From Zootoca vivipara (Eukaryota): 64,000 nucleotides of DNA. The DNA is taken from NCBI RefSeq assembly GCF_963506605.1, contig NC_083283.1, positions 57,474,001 through 57,538,000 on the forward strand. The letters run 5' to 3'. Positions 1 through 10,631 of this stretch are shown here, one piece after another. How positions within the stretch are numbered: the first letter of the stretch is position 1; each line of letters starts with the position of its first letter. Under the pieces are notes generated by a model that searched no databases, was not told the DNA's origin, and worked only from the letters and a program-made list of their open reading frames with translations. The position numbers were made by a program, and so were the translations under genes.

Positions 1-188
1 CTGGACGTGTGGCAGCCCTATCATGGGTGCCAGTGGTAAGATGAAAGTAGGCTCTGTTGCACTAGGGAAGGAGTGTAAAGCAATATAAACATCCACATTC
101 ACAGTACCATGACTTGCAAACTTATTAAATAAGCACAGTGCCTCCTAGAATTTTAATCTGCTTTTTTTTTTAATCTTGTCATGCACAG

Positions 189-3100
189 TGTTCAAAACCT
201 TGGTATCACATATCTTGGACCGAGCGGAGCCTGTCCTCTCTTCTAGTCTGCCCTTGGAAATCATAACAGTTTTCCAGTATTACAACTATTTTGCCAACAA
301 AAATGTCCACGATCTGGCAAATTATTTGCATCAGCTTGCAAGAGAAGGTAAGGATGATGATCATATGGTTTCGTAGGGAAGTTACCCATATATCTCTCTC
401 TTTTTTAAGCACAGCATGAAATAATTGCATTTGCTTCTCCAAAGAAGAGTATGTTTTAAGTTAAGATTCACAATGCACACATGAATGATGTGCTTCGAAC
501 TAAGGCAAAAACGACACCTTTTGATCCTACGGTTGGGGGAAATCTGAAGATCAAATAATGGGCTCTCCCTGAATAGCAGGATCTGCTACGTGTTAATTTG
601 CATAAAAACCATACACATTCACACACAAACACATAACTTCTATTAGCCGAGAGTCTTGAAGCTACTACGAATGATGTAATGTAAAGTCTGATTTAGTTGA
701 AGGGTGATAGCTCCGTGGCAGAACACGTAACATCCCAGGGTCGATCTCAGCATTTCAAGATAGGTCAGTGAAAGAGTGCACTGCAAAACTCAGCCAAGCA
801 GTATAAATTACACTGAGTTAGATGAACCGATACCGTGTTTCTCCTAAAATAAGACACGTCTTATATTTATTTTTCCTCCAAAAAAACACACCACGGCTTA
901 TTTTCAGGGGATGTCTTATTTTTTTAATATTAAGTATGGTACAACAACTGGGCTGGTATCCTTACAGAGCTTTCACAGTCAGAGTTTTGCAACTGCGGCT
1001 CTTGCTGAGTCCTTGATCTTCTCAGCGCGCGCCTCTGCCCTTACCGGCTCCCGTGGGGCCGGGAGTCGGCGCAGCGCGCGCCTCTGCCCTTACCGGCTCC
1101 CGCGGGGCCGGGACTCGGCGCAGCGCGCACCTCTGCCCTTGCCGGCTCCCGTGGGGCCGGGATTCGGCGCAGCGCGCGCCTCTGCCCTTGCCGGCTCCCG
1201 CGGGGCCGGGGCTCGGCGCAGCGCGTGCCTTTGCCCTTGCCGGCTCCCGCGGGGTTGGAGCTCGGCGCAGCGCGCGCCTCTGCCCTTGCCGGCTCCCGTG
1301 GGGCCGGACTGGGCACAGCGCGCGCCTCTGCCCTTGCCGGCTACCGCGGGGCCAGGGCGCGGCGCAGCGCGCGCCTCTGCCCTTGCCGGATACCGCTGGG
1401 TCGGGGTGCTGCGACTTTCGCCGGCTCCCGCTCGGTCTGAGCTCCACGTGGCGGTTCCGGCAAGGACAGGCATCTTCCTTTTACTCCAGACCTGCTCCCA
1501 CCATCCAGACCTGCTCCCACCACTACCCCAGTACGGCTTATTTTTGGGGTATGTCTTATATTTTGTTGCTTCAAGAAAATCGTGCCATGGCTTATTTTAT
1601 AGGCACGTCTTATTTTGGGAGAAACACGGTAGTTAGGCAAGCTTCCTGTGTAAACTCTGCAGTTTGCCACAAGGTGTCCCATATCAAAGATGCCAGCAAA
1701 ATAACCTGGATGGTTGAAGAAAGTAAGATGACTGTTAAACTAATTTTGACTTATGGAAGCTGCTGGAAAAGCCCACAGTTGATCCGATTCCTCAGATATT
1801 CCTTACAATTTTCTGTGTTCAGTTTTGTTTTGTTTTTTAAAAAAGAGCACTTTTGGAGATGAATGAAAGCAGAATTCTAACCAGTAGCACAGTAAAAAGC
1901 AGCAAGCTTTCCAGTGCTCTGTCCAATGAGGTGCAAAAGAACTGGGCTAAAGGAAAAGCACTGGACACTTAAAAAAAAAGGTTTGAGGATTTTTTAAAAT
2001 TTTACATGCAATAGAATTAACAATCACAAACAAATTTGGCAACATATATTTATGCTCTGTATTGATTCTCCTCTGCCGTCGGTCCCTTTTACCACTGAAT
2101 TTCCGGCTATGGGCTTTAAAGACCCAACATGTTGGCCACTCCAGGTGGTAGCAGTGCCACCTAGAGTGCCTCCTCATCACCACGTGGATGAAGATGCCAA
2201 ACTTCCTGGTGGCAGTTGGTAGTGATGTGGACACTACCTTCCAATGAATGCAATTCACAAACTGATTCTAGACTTTGCCGTTACCATATGGAGTAGCTTA
2301 AACACATGCGAAAGCTTGGACACCTGTTGCTGGGAATCACAAGAGGTTGCACTCGGGTCCTGCTTGCAGCCGTTCAATAACCACCTGGTTGGCTATGACT
2401 ATGAGACCAGGTGGGCCTGTGGCATGATCTTACGTTTCTATGTTATATTGCTGTCTTTGTGTGGTGAACATAAGCATGCCCTATCTTAGAGGGACATTCT
2501 TGTTACATTTCAGCCTTGATGGTGCAGACTCTACAGTCCTTAAGAGATGAAAAGTTCTTGCAGAATAAAGCCACGTTAACCTCCTTCAGCCTCCCACCTC
2601 AGCAAGAAGTACTGAAATCCTTGGCTCTCCTCCTCCTGACTGAAAACAAAAGGGAGACCCATGAGGCTGTGGCATCCTTGTTGTCGGCTGCAGCAGAAGA
2701 CAAGCACTTCAGGGAAAAGGTAGGTGCGATTGGAAACGGTAACAAAATTATGAGTACTGTTTGGTTACAGCTAGGGCATTTCTCTGAGGCTATTAAGGCT
2801 TCATGGCGGGAGGGAATTCTCTAGCTAGACAGGGCGGTCTAACATTTCATATCAAGTGGGCCGCAAGAGTGCTTCGACCCATGGTCCACATGCTGCCTTG
2901 TTGTATGGCGGGGGGAGCAAGGCCAAAATTTGATGTGTCGCCCCCCCCCCAGTCCTCATGCTGCCTTCCCAAAGCTAAGTGAGGCACCAGGCTCTGGGAA
3001 AGAGGTGTTAGTCTCTGGGAAAGTGCCAGTTAGGCTTTGGGAAGGAGGATGGAGGACTCAAGGACCCTGTCAGAGCTCTCACACCTCCTTCCTCCCTAAA

Positions 3101-6100
3101 GCCCCATGCCTTGCTTACCTGGCTTTGAGAAGGCAGCAAGAGGGCAGTGGGAGGGGGGCGTCAAATGTTGCAGAGGACCGCCAAAAAAGCCCTTGAGGGC
3201 CGCATGCAGCCTTTGGGCCTTGCATTGGACCACCCTGAGTTAGGAAGTGGGGTTGGGACTATAGGACTGTTTAACCCCAGTTCCAAGAAGCAGCACGTAG
3301 AGAAACAGCATCTCTCCCTATATAACCCTGGCTGGAATAGCTCAGTCGGTAGAGCATGAAACTCTTAATCTCAGGGCCGTGGGGTCAAGCCCCACATTGG
3401 GCAAAGGATACCTTTGTTGCAGGGAGTTGGACTTAGATGTCCCTCAGGGTCCCTTTCCAACTCTGTGATCCTCTACACCCAGGGAAGCACTACTTCAGAT
3501 ATTGCATTGGTTTATTGTGAGTTTGGACTGGGCCCCTGGTGTAAAGGTATTCAGCCTTTTTATAAAGGTATTCAGCCTTTTTACCTCCGTTTTTGATCTT
3601 GGATTGCATTAATTAGGTGGTGGTTTTGCTATGACTGTTGTTGATCCTAATTTATCTTGCTTTTATACACACATGCCAATAATTTGGAATGGCCCCTGGA
3701 GCACATAATCTGCTTTAGTTACTCCTTTGGATGGGGAACCACATGTTGCTGAACTGCAATGCCCTTCATTCTTCATCATTGCCCATACTGGGTGGGGCAG
3801 AGTTGGAGTCCAACAACGTATGGAAGACTGCTGGTTCTCAATCTTTGCCTTAAGTGCTGCCTTAAGTCTTTCTGTGAGATGCAGCTGCAGCTTCCTCCTC
3901 ATTGCCTCCCTCTTTTTCCCCCTCCCAGGCTTTAATTTATTACTGTGAAACCCTTGCACAGCCCAGCCTCCACCTGCAGAAGGCAGCTTGTCTGGCCCTG
4001 AAATGCCTCCAGGTAAAGTTTGCCTTCTTTTCTTTCCCAGGCTCAACAAAAGGTCAAGCAACAGCAGGGGTTTCAATAGCCCCTCTTAAGCAAACAGCAA
4101 CAATAAGAGTCTTGTTCTTCTGCATTAACCATCCTGATATTACTTTGCAAAAGTGAGGAGGATTTTTTTCTGCACAAGTAATTTAGAACCTTGAAGTATC
4201 TCCAGGATGAGAAGTGTGAACTGTGCATGAGAACTCTTGCCCCTTTAGGAGGTGCACAGACTTAACTTGTAATCAGAAAACTAATGCTTACGCAGAACAA
4301 CTATATATGGCAGACACTGAAAAATGGGGAAGGGGGGTTTACCAGTGCGGTAGCACCAAGATCTGCCGTTGCACCTACATTTGGACTAGGGTCTGCTTAA
4401 ATCGCTATCATGTTGTGGTTTTTGTACTTCCAAACAAAACCACCACATAAATTGTAGCACCATTTCAGTTCACAAGAAGTACTGGGGCAGATCAATTGCA
4501 CCAGTGATGGTGGGGGTGGCAGATCCACTGTTATTTCCCAAGCCCTGCTGGGTAATGGCAGCCAGGGCAGAAAGTGATGGCGGTGGTGGGAAACGGAGGG
4601 AGCAGGTCCACACGATATTTCATTTTGCATGTGGCTCTGCTGTCCCCACTGAAATTAGTGAGGAAAGTTATATGTGGATAAAAGCCCTCCTCTGTTGCAC
4701 TCTGTGGGTGCATCACAGACAACACATGTGGGATTCTGGATTTGAGCTCTGGGCTTCTGCAGAGAAATTACAAACTCCAGATGAGTTCATAAAATGTTTC
4801 ACACAGATTGGAACAACTGGACAGAGAATCAGTGATTATCATAAACCTTTTGGAACGAGAATAGAAAATAATTAACTTGTTTTTGTTTTTGGTATAGGCA
4901 ACTGAAAGTATTAAAATGCTAGTCACGCTTTGCCAGTCTGACAATGAAGAGATCAGGAAGATAGCCTCTGAAACCCTTCTTTCTCTTGGTATGTTGACTA
5001 ACTTTATGCCATTCCACTCTTTAAAAAAATATGAGAGTAAAAGCAAACGGATGAAAAAATGGAACAAAAGCAGAGAGTAATAGAAAAGCAATGACAAAGG
5101 AAGCACTAGCACAGTACTGGTGATTCCCAAACTCTTATTTCTCCATAACATCTGAATCAGGAAAGGCAGTGCAAGCCCTCAATCAGTGCCTGGATGCAAT
5201 GGTGGGCTGGACTGAGCGGTCAGTGAACTCATCTTGGACCCTAGGAAGACAGGGGTGGGTGGCTCCTAAGTGCAGGAGATAGATCTGTCACCTGTTCTGA
5301 TTGGGGTTGCACTCCCTCTGAAGGACCAAGTCCGCAGTCCTCCGTGGCTAGGGATGCTTTCATGCCAGCTGTTACTGTTCCAGGACCACAGTAGCCTGAC
5401 CGCAGTAACCCACGCATTGGTAACATCAAGACTTGATTACTGTAGCACAGGGGTCCCCAAACTACGGCCCCCGGGCCGGATGCGGCCCAATCGGCCTTCC
5501 AATCCGGCCCGCGACGACTCCCGCCGCCCGCTCTCACGGCACGCGGCGCAGCGACGATCTAAAAAATCGGCAAAAAATCGCCGAAAATCCTTTGTGCGCA
5601 TGCGTATGGGCCTCTCCCGACCCGGAAGAGGTCATTTCTGGTGCACTTCCGGGTCGGGGGAGGCCCATACGCATGCGCACAAGCGATTTTTGGCGATTTT
5701 TTTTCCGCCCGTGTGTGTGTGCGCATGCGCACGGGCGCGCACTCCCCCGCCCTCCGGCCCGCTGCGCGCGCACTCCCCTGCCCTCCGGCCCACCGCGCGG
5801 TCGACGCGGCGGGCACCGGCCCACCGCGCAGAAAGTCTGGGGACCCCTGCTGTAGCACTTTATGTGGGGCCACTCTTGTATCTGGTTCAGCAGCTGTAGC
5901 TGGTGCAGAACACAGCAGCCAAACAGCTCACAGGAGCAAGTTACTGGCAATAAGTTTACTCCTCTGCTAAGATGTGCCCCAGTTGCCAATTTGCTTCTGA
6001 GCTAGCTTCTTTTGCTAATTCTCAAAGCCCCCCAAAAAACCCTTGGGCTCAAAGTACCTTAAGGACCATAAGATCCCTTATGCTCCATCCAATCACCGAG

Positions 6101-6860
6101 ATCCTCTGATGGGGCACTTCTTCCACACCCGAGGTTTGGTCAGCCTTTTTTAGGGACTGAGCCTTTACTGTGGCAGGCTCTGCACTGCAGAACTCCCTGC
6201 GGTAGAGGTTCAGCAGGAATTATTCCTGCCCTTCCTTTAGGCATCTCCTAAAAGCAGTGCAAATTTCTTTTTCCCAACCAACATTTATTGCTTTTTAAAT
6301 AGACGCTTTTATTGCTCCTGCTGTAGTTTTGTATGGTATACTGTATACCTCTTTGTTGGGGTCTGCAAAAGTGGAATATTTAAATTCATAAATTTGCAGC
6401 CATTGAACAGCACCTAACCTTCCCTTAATACAGTGGTTCTCAAAGGGTGTGGCAGGAAAGAGTGGCAAGCATGGCAGGAAGATTCAAGGACAATTGGTAT
6501 ACTGTTTTGGGAATAATTCATGTTCTTACGTAGCTGCATTGTTTTTTTATTTTCTGGATGTCCCATGATCATGTTGTAAAGTAGTTGTGTTTTATGTTAG
6601 AAATCAAGCACTACTAGTTGTTTCTTTTTGTTTTCCAGTGTATTTATCAATTTTAAAAAATCAGTGTGGTGCAAGCATATTTTTATTTTGAAAGTGTGGC
6701 CTGGAGACCTCTACATTCATGCAACATTTGCTTTGCTTCTCTCATTTTTCTCTGCTCAGGAGAAGATGGGCGGTTGGCATATGAGCAGCTAGATAAATTC
6801 CCTCGTGAATTTGTTAAGGTTGGTGTACGACGTGGGACTGAGGTAGCCACAGCCTTTTAA
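189..6860 (+). CDS. RIPOR2: RHO family interacting cell polarization regulator 2 (FAM65B), last five coding exons; gene starts upstream of the window
   Basis: Exons 189-347, 2514-2719, 3929-4012, 4898-4988 and 6760-6860 have AG/GT boundaries and consistent phases. They translate ...[31 protein letters not shown]...[12 protein letters not shown]...[28 protein letters not shown]|[31 protein letters not shown]|[32 protein letters not shown], the recognisable RIPOR2 C-terminus. Confidence 0.95.
833..1629. mobile_element. Non-autonomous Tc1/mariner (Tc2/pogo-type) DNA transposon carrying a minisatellite
   Basis: TIRs CCGTGTTTCTCCTAAAATAAGACACGTC / GGCACGTCTTATTTTGGGAGAAACACGG, flanked by TA at 831-832 and 1630-1631. 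Confidence 0.85.
1023..1405. repeat. GC-rich 49-bp minisatellite, ~8 copies
   Basis: Unit CAGCGCGCGCCTCTGCCCTTGCCGGCTCCCGCGGGGCCGGGACTCGGCG recurs at 1023, 1072, 1121, 1170, 1219, 1268, 1316 and 1365. Confidence 0.95.
3330..3473 (+). mobile_element. tRNA-Lys-derived SINE with CR1-like tail
   Basis: Head ATAGCTCAGTCGGTAGAGCATGAAACTCTTAATCTCAGGG resembles tRNA-Lys. Tail GTTGGACTTAGATG...CCTTTCCAACTCTGTGATCCTCTA resembles the CR1 3' end at 56100-56158. Confidence 0.75.
5170..6250 (+). mobile_element. Degraded L2-type LINE fragment interrupted by a hAT MITE
   Basis: Relic RT-region peptides [12 protein letters not shown] and [11 protein letters not shown]...LYVG...LQLVQNTAA; similar to the cleaner L2 copy at 15.8 kb. 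Confidence 0.65.
5448..5849. mobile_element. hAT (Charlie/MER58-like) MITE
   Basis: TIR CAGGGGTCCCCAAACT...AGTCTGGGGACCCCTG; perfect 8-bp TSD CTGTAGCA at 5440-5447 and 5850-5857. Confidence 0.9.
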
Positions 6861-8280
6861 GAGTTTAACCTGCATATTAACACAACAGCTTCAGAGGCTG
6901 GTCTTCTTTAACCACAACGGTGCTGTAGCTGAACTGCAAGAAGATTCACAGATGTTCAAAGAAAATGAATGAATTTGAAGGCTTTTAGTTTTGAGGGCTT
7001 CGCTCTGTAACTTATAATGAAAACAGTGATTTGTCAAAGATTGCAGTTGCTTTGCTTTTGAGTGAAACTAGGTCACTGCCATACAGTCAGCCTCGGCAAA
7101 TACAACAGAAGTTTTGTAATCATAAATGAGGTATTTTTGTATATGGTGGGTTTTCTGTGGATATTATTGCATCAGTTTAAAACTTTGTGATGCTTCCTCT
7201 AAATCGGTGGAAAGGAAAAAGCAAACCGAGTAGGACTTTTAACAGCAGTTCTGACTCCCATCTGTGCTGTGCCTCAGTTGCCTTCAAGTATCTCCTGCCT
7301 TGTTTTTGTTATTAGTAGCACCATTTAGTATGACCAATCTTCAGATGACGGGCCTGACTCTGGAAACAGCAGGATGCAAACTCCAGGTTTCAGTAATTCT
7401 CTGCCTCATTTCCTATTTCCCCTCTTGCTCTTTTCTGGCTTCCAGTAATGACCTCTAATAAATCCCAAATGATTTAAACAAACAAACAAACACACTCTCA
7501 AGCAGTTGTGCAGGTTGTAAAAAACAAATAGGTGTTTTCCTTTTTTCCAGAAAGGGCATATGGCCACATTATACTTTTACATGAAAACCCCTAGATTTAA
7601 TCTTCCTTTCGCCTTCCTTGACATTTCAAAAAAGAATGAGGTTTTGTGCATTTGTAGCTGGGAGCTACAATGATTGAGTTGTTCACACACACACTCCCTT
7701 ATCTGCAACAATCAGGGTGACAGACAGCATGCTATGATGCTAGTTTTCTTAGAAGTAAATCCCACTGTGTGCAATGTTGGTTACTCCCAAGTTAGTATGC
7801 ATGGATTGTAACTTGAAGGTGTTTTATTGATGTCCTCATCACTCAACAAACTTTGAAGCAGCTCATAGCTCTTCAACCATTGGGCACTCATCCTTGGAGA
7901 CATGCAGATTGTGAACTGCTGGTTGTTGGGTTTTTTAAAAATAAATCTAACAGAAGTCTTTCCCCGCATTTTTGCCAAAATGCATTGGCAAGCCAGTATT
8001 CTTAATTGTAATGTTACAACGCTGTATATACCTGTATATTATAAATTATAAATATTCTCTGATTAAAAACTGTACAGTCACTCAAAGGTTTTACTGAAGG
8101 GGAAAAAAATCTCTTTTATGAAATGTGAAATAAGTAATTGTGCTCTGGTTTTTACAGCACATTGCTGCCACAAGCCTACAGTCTTTCATTGTCGTCTTTT
8201 GTATTGATTTTTGGCTTACAGTTGCCTTCTAGGTTTGTGGTATTTGTATTTCTCATATATACTGCTCCTGTTTAAGTTAT

Positions 8281-8286
8281 AATAAA
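8281..8286 (+). terminator. Probable RIPOR2 polyadenylation signal
   Basis: AATAAA about 1.4 kb after the stop codon, followed by U/GU-rich sequence (ttgtttttactttggttg). Confidence 0.55.
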
Positions 8287-9092
8287 GATTATTTTTGAAT
8301 TACTAAATAGCATTGTTTTTACTTTGGTTGACTTACTTTCTTCCACCAGTGCTAGACATGGACTTCCAACTTAATCAAGATGGTGTTCTGAGGGGGGGGG
8401 AGCAAGTAACCTCAAATGGCAATATGTCCAGGTATCCCACACACTGTCACCCAAGCTTGCTTTGCCTATAAATGTCAGAAGAGCTGGTAAAAAAAAACAT
8501 GTTTCAGCACTAGGGAGAAAGCACTGCAACTGCCTCCCTTCTCTTTTGAGTTTTTAAAGCTACAGCAAAGATCTGCAAGTACACCTGGAAGTCTGAGTGG
8601 GCTGCCTGCAGAAAGTTGCTGAATGACCTCCAGGAAACTTTGGAGAGGAACTAGCCCTTCTGCAGTTTGTTGGGGAAATGGTGGGAGAGGTGGTATTGGG
8701 ATTTGCCAGCCTCCACTGCTAGACAGGTAAGAGAAAATAGCTCTAGCTTAAGAAGGTATAACAATAAACTATTGGTTCTAGAGGGAAACAAGTTTCTTTA
8801 CAGAGATACTTTAGACCTGTGGGGCAGAAGGATGAATCTCACTTTTTTAAAATGTGAAAATATAACATTGGCTTAACCCACCACCAACCGCAGGATAGGA
8901 TAGCTAAGAATCTATGTAAGTATGACATCATACTGTCTCCGTTTTCCATTCTATTTACTGCACTCATTGCCTAGTTACCAGCTGCGTGGGCTTGGGAGTC
9001 ATATGTGAATCAATACTTCAGTGTCCCAACACTTCCCTGTGGGTAGAGTAAAATACAGCTTTAGAAAGACATTCTTCCTGAAACAAGGCAAT

Positions 9093-10132
9093 ATGGGAAG
9101 CAAGTTTAGCAAAATAGTAGCCTGGTATAACAAGCATATCAAGCATGAGAGGGAACCCGCAATCAAGCTCATAGACCCTGTCTTTCACCACCATAAAATC
9201 AAAACCTATGGCCTTGAGCTGAGAGATTCAGAGCTGCCCCTGGAGGACAGAGCCATAGCTGCATTATATATTGGACTTCTTACTTACACAGGTATGCACG
9301 TAAATAGGCACAACAGCTGCCAGTTTGAGAAAAAGTATTGTGTCCAACTATGGTAAGTTATAGTTGGTAAGTTATAGGCCCATTAAAATGAAGAGACCAA
9401 AGTTAATTGTGTCCATTAACTTCAGTGGGCCTAGTCCAAGTAGAACCAACATTAGATACGACTGAGTAAATGTGCGGTAAAATTCTAAGTATGTTTAAAA
9501 GCTCAAGGGACAGGATTCAAGGGACTCCATCTTCTGGGCTAGTAAATCTCTCAATTTACATTGGCCATTAAAAACAGGGACAAATATTCAGGCATAGCAG
9601 CGTGTTCCAGCATATTAGTGAAATAATCCCTAACATGTCTTCCTTTACAGGTGGTGTCAATGCTGCTTTGCTTGCATCAGAATACATTCAGGATATGATT
9701 AATATTTTGCTTATGCCAGATACTTCTGGGGAAGTGAGGACCTATGTATTAAAAGGGTTGTGTGGAATTTGCTACCTAAGCTACTTAAACCAAAATGAAG
9801 CCAAAGACAGACATCTTATGGAAATCCTCCTTGCTTATCTGGAAGAAGATGAAGACCCTGAAGATGATGACCCTCTAGATATAATCACTATGAAGCTCTG
9901 GGTTTGCTACCTTATGACTGTTGTCTGCTGTAACAACATCCCTTATCTCAAGTTATTTAATGAAGTGGGTGGCCTTAAGCTACGTAAAAGTCTGGAGTCC
10001 CTGTCTAAGCGGGAATGGTTTAGCTGGCCGCAAAACTATGCCAGGTTAATGCTAGCGCTTCTAGCCTACCAAGAACAGGTAAAAGAATCACTAACAGTTA
10101 AAAGTAAGAAATCCAGCTTACATGAAACGTAA
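9093..10132 (+). CDS. ARMH2: Armadillo-like helical domain-containing protein 2 (C6orf229), 2 coding exons, 226 aa
   Basis: Exons 9093-9291 (MGSKFSK...PLEDRAIAALYIGLLTYTG, donor gtatgc) and 9651-10132 (acceptor tcctttacag; ...KLWVCYLMTVVCCNN...EWFSWPQNYA) total 681 nt in frame. The motifs and the position between RIPOR2 and GMNN match ARMH2. Confidence 0.88.
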
Positions 10133-10631
10133 AAGTGCCAGGTGGTAAATGGTGTTTGGGGAAGTATCCAGAAATACTAAGTAAATTATTGGTTGGGGCT
10201 GACATATAACATATGTACTACACTGCTGTTCTCAAAGGTTTAAAGGGGGTGGGTGGGAACTACGTATTATTCTGTGTCCATTACCTCTTAAGTAGCTGGC
10301 TTAGATAATATAGGTTGCAACATATGTTCTAAAGTACAGCATTTTACAACTGTGTAATATCTGTGCAGAGAAGTTTATTTGGCAGTTCCACATACATGAA
10401 TAAAAAACTATTTACAAATTGAAATACATAGTATTCCCATTTAATCAAGTAACCAGATGAAGTCTAACACTTCCATTGTACTTCCACCGCTGCAAAATCC
10501 ACCTTCTGAAATTTCAAGTGAATCTTTAGATTTCAAAGGATTCTACTCTTCCCCACCCCAGACATGACACATAGGCAGTTCATTTTCCCTTTCAGAGGCC
10601 CAATACTTTCAGAGATTACTTGTTTCATTTG

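Noticed and set aside
1023-1405. Possible CRISPR-like array
   Set aside because: Head-to-tail tandem units with no unique spacers, in eukaryotic DNA with no cas genes.
911-1862. Several overlapping 70-270 aa ORFs on both strands
   Set aside because: They are translations of the stop-free GC-rich 49-bp minisatellite, not genes.
3330-3402. tRNA-Lys gene
   Set aside because: The B box is mutated (GGGTCAAGCC), the stems are broken, there is no poly-T terminator and it runs into a CR1 tail, so it is a SINE head.
5241-5989. Cluster of 100-200 aa ORFs
   Set aside because: Chimeric read-through of an L2 relic and a GC-rich palindromic MITE.
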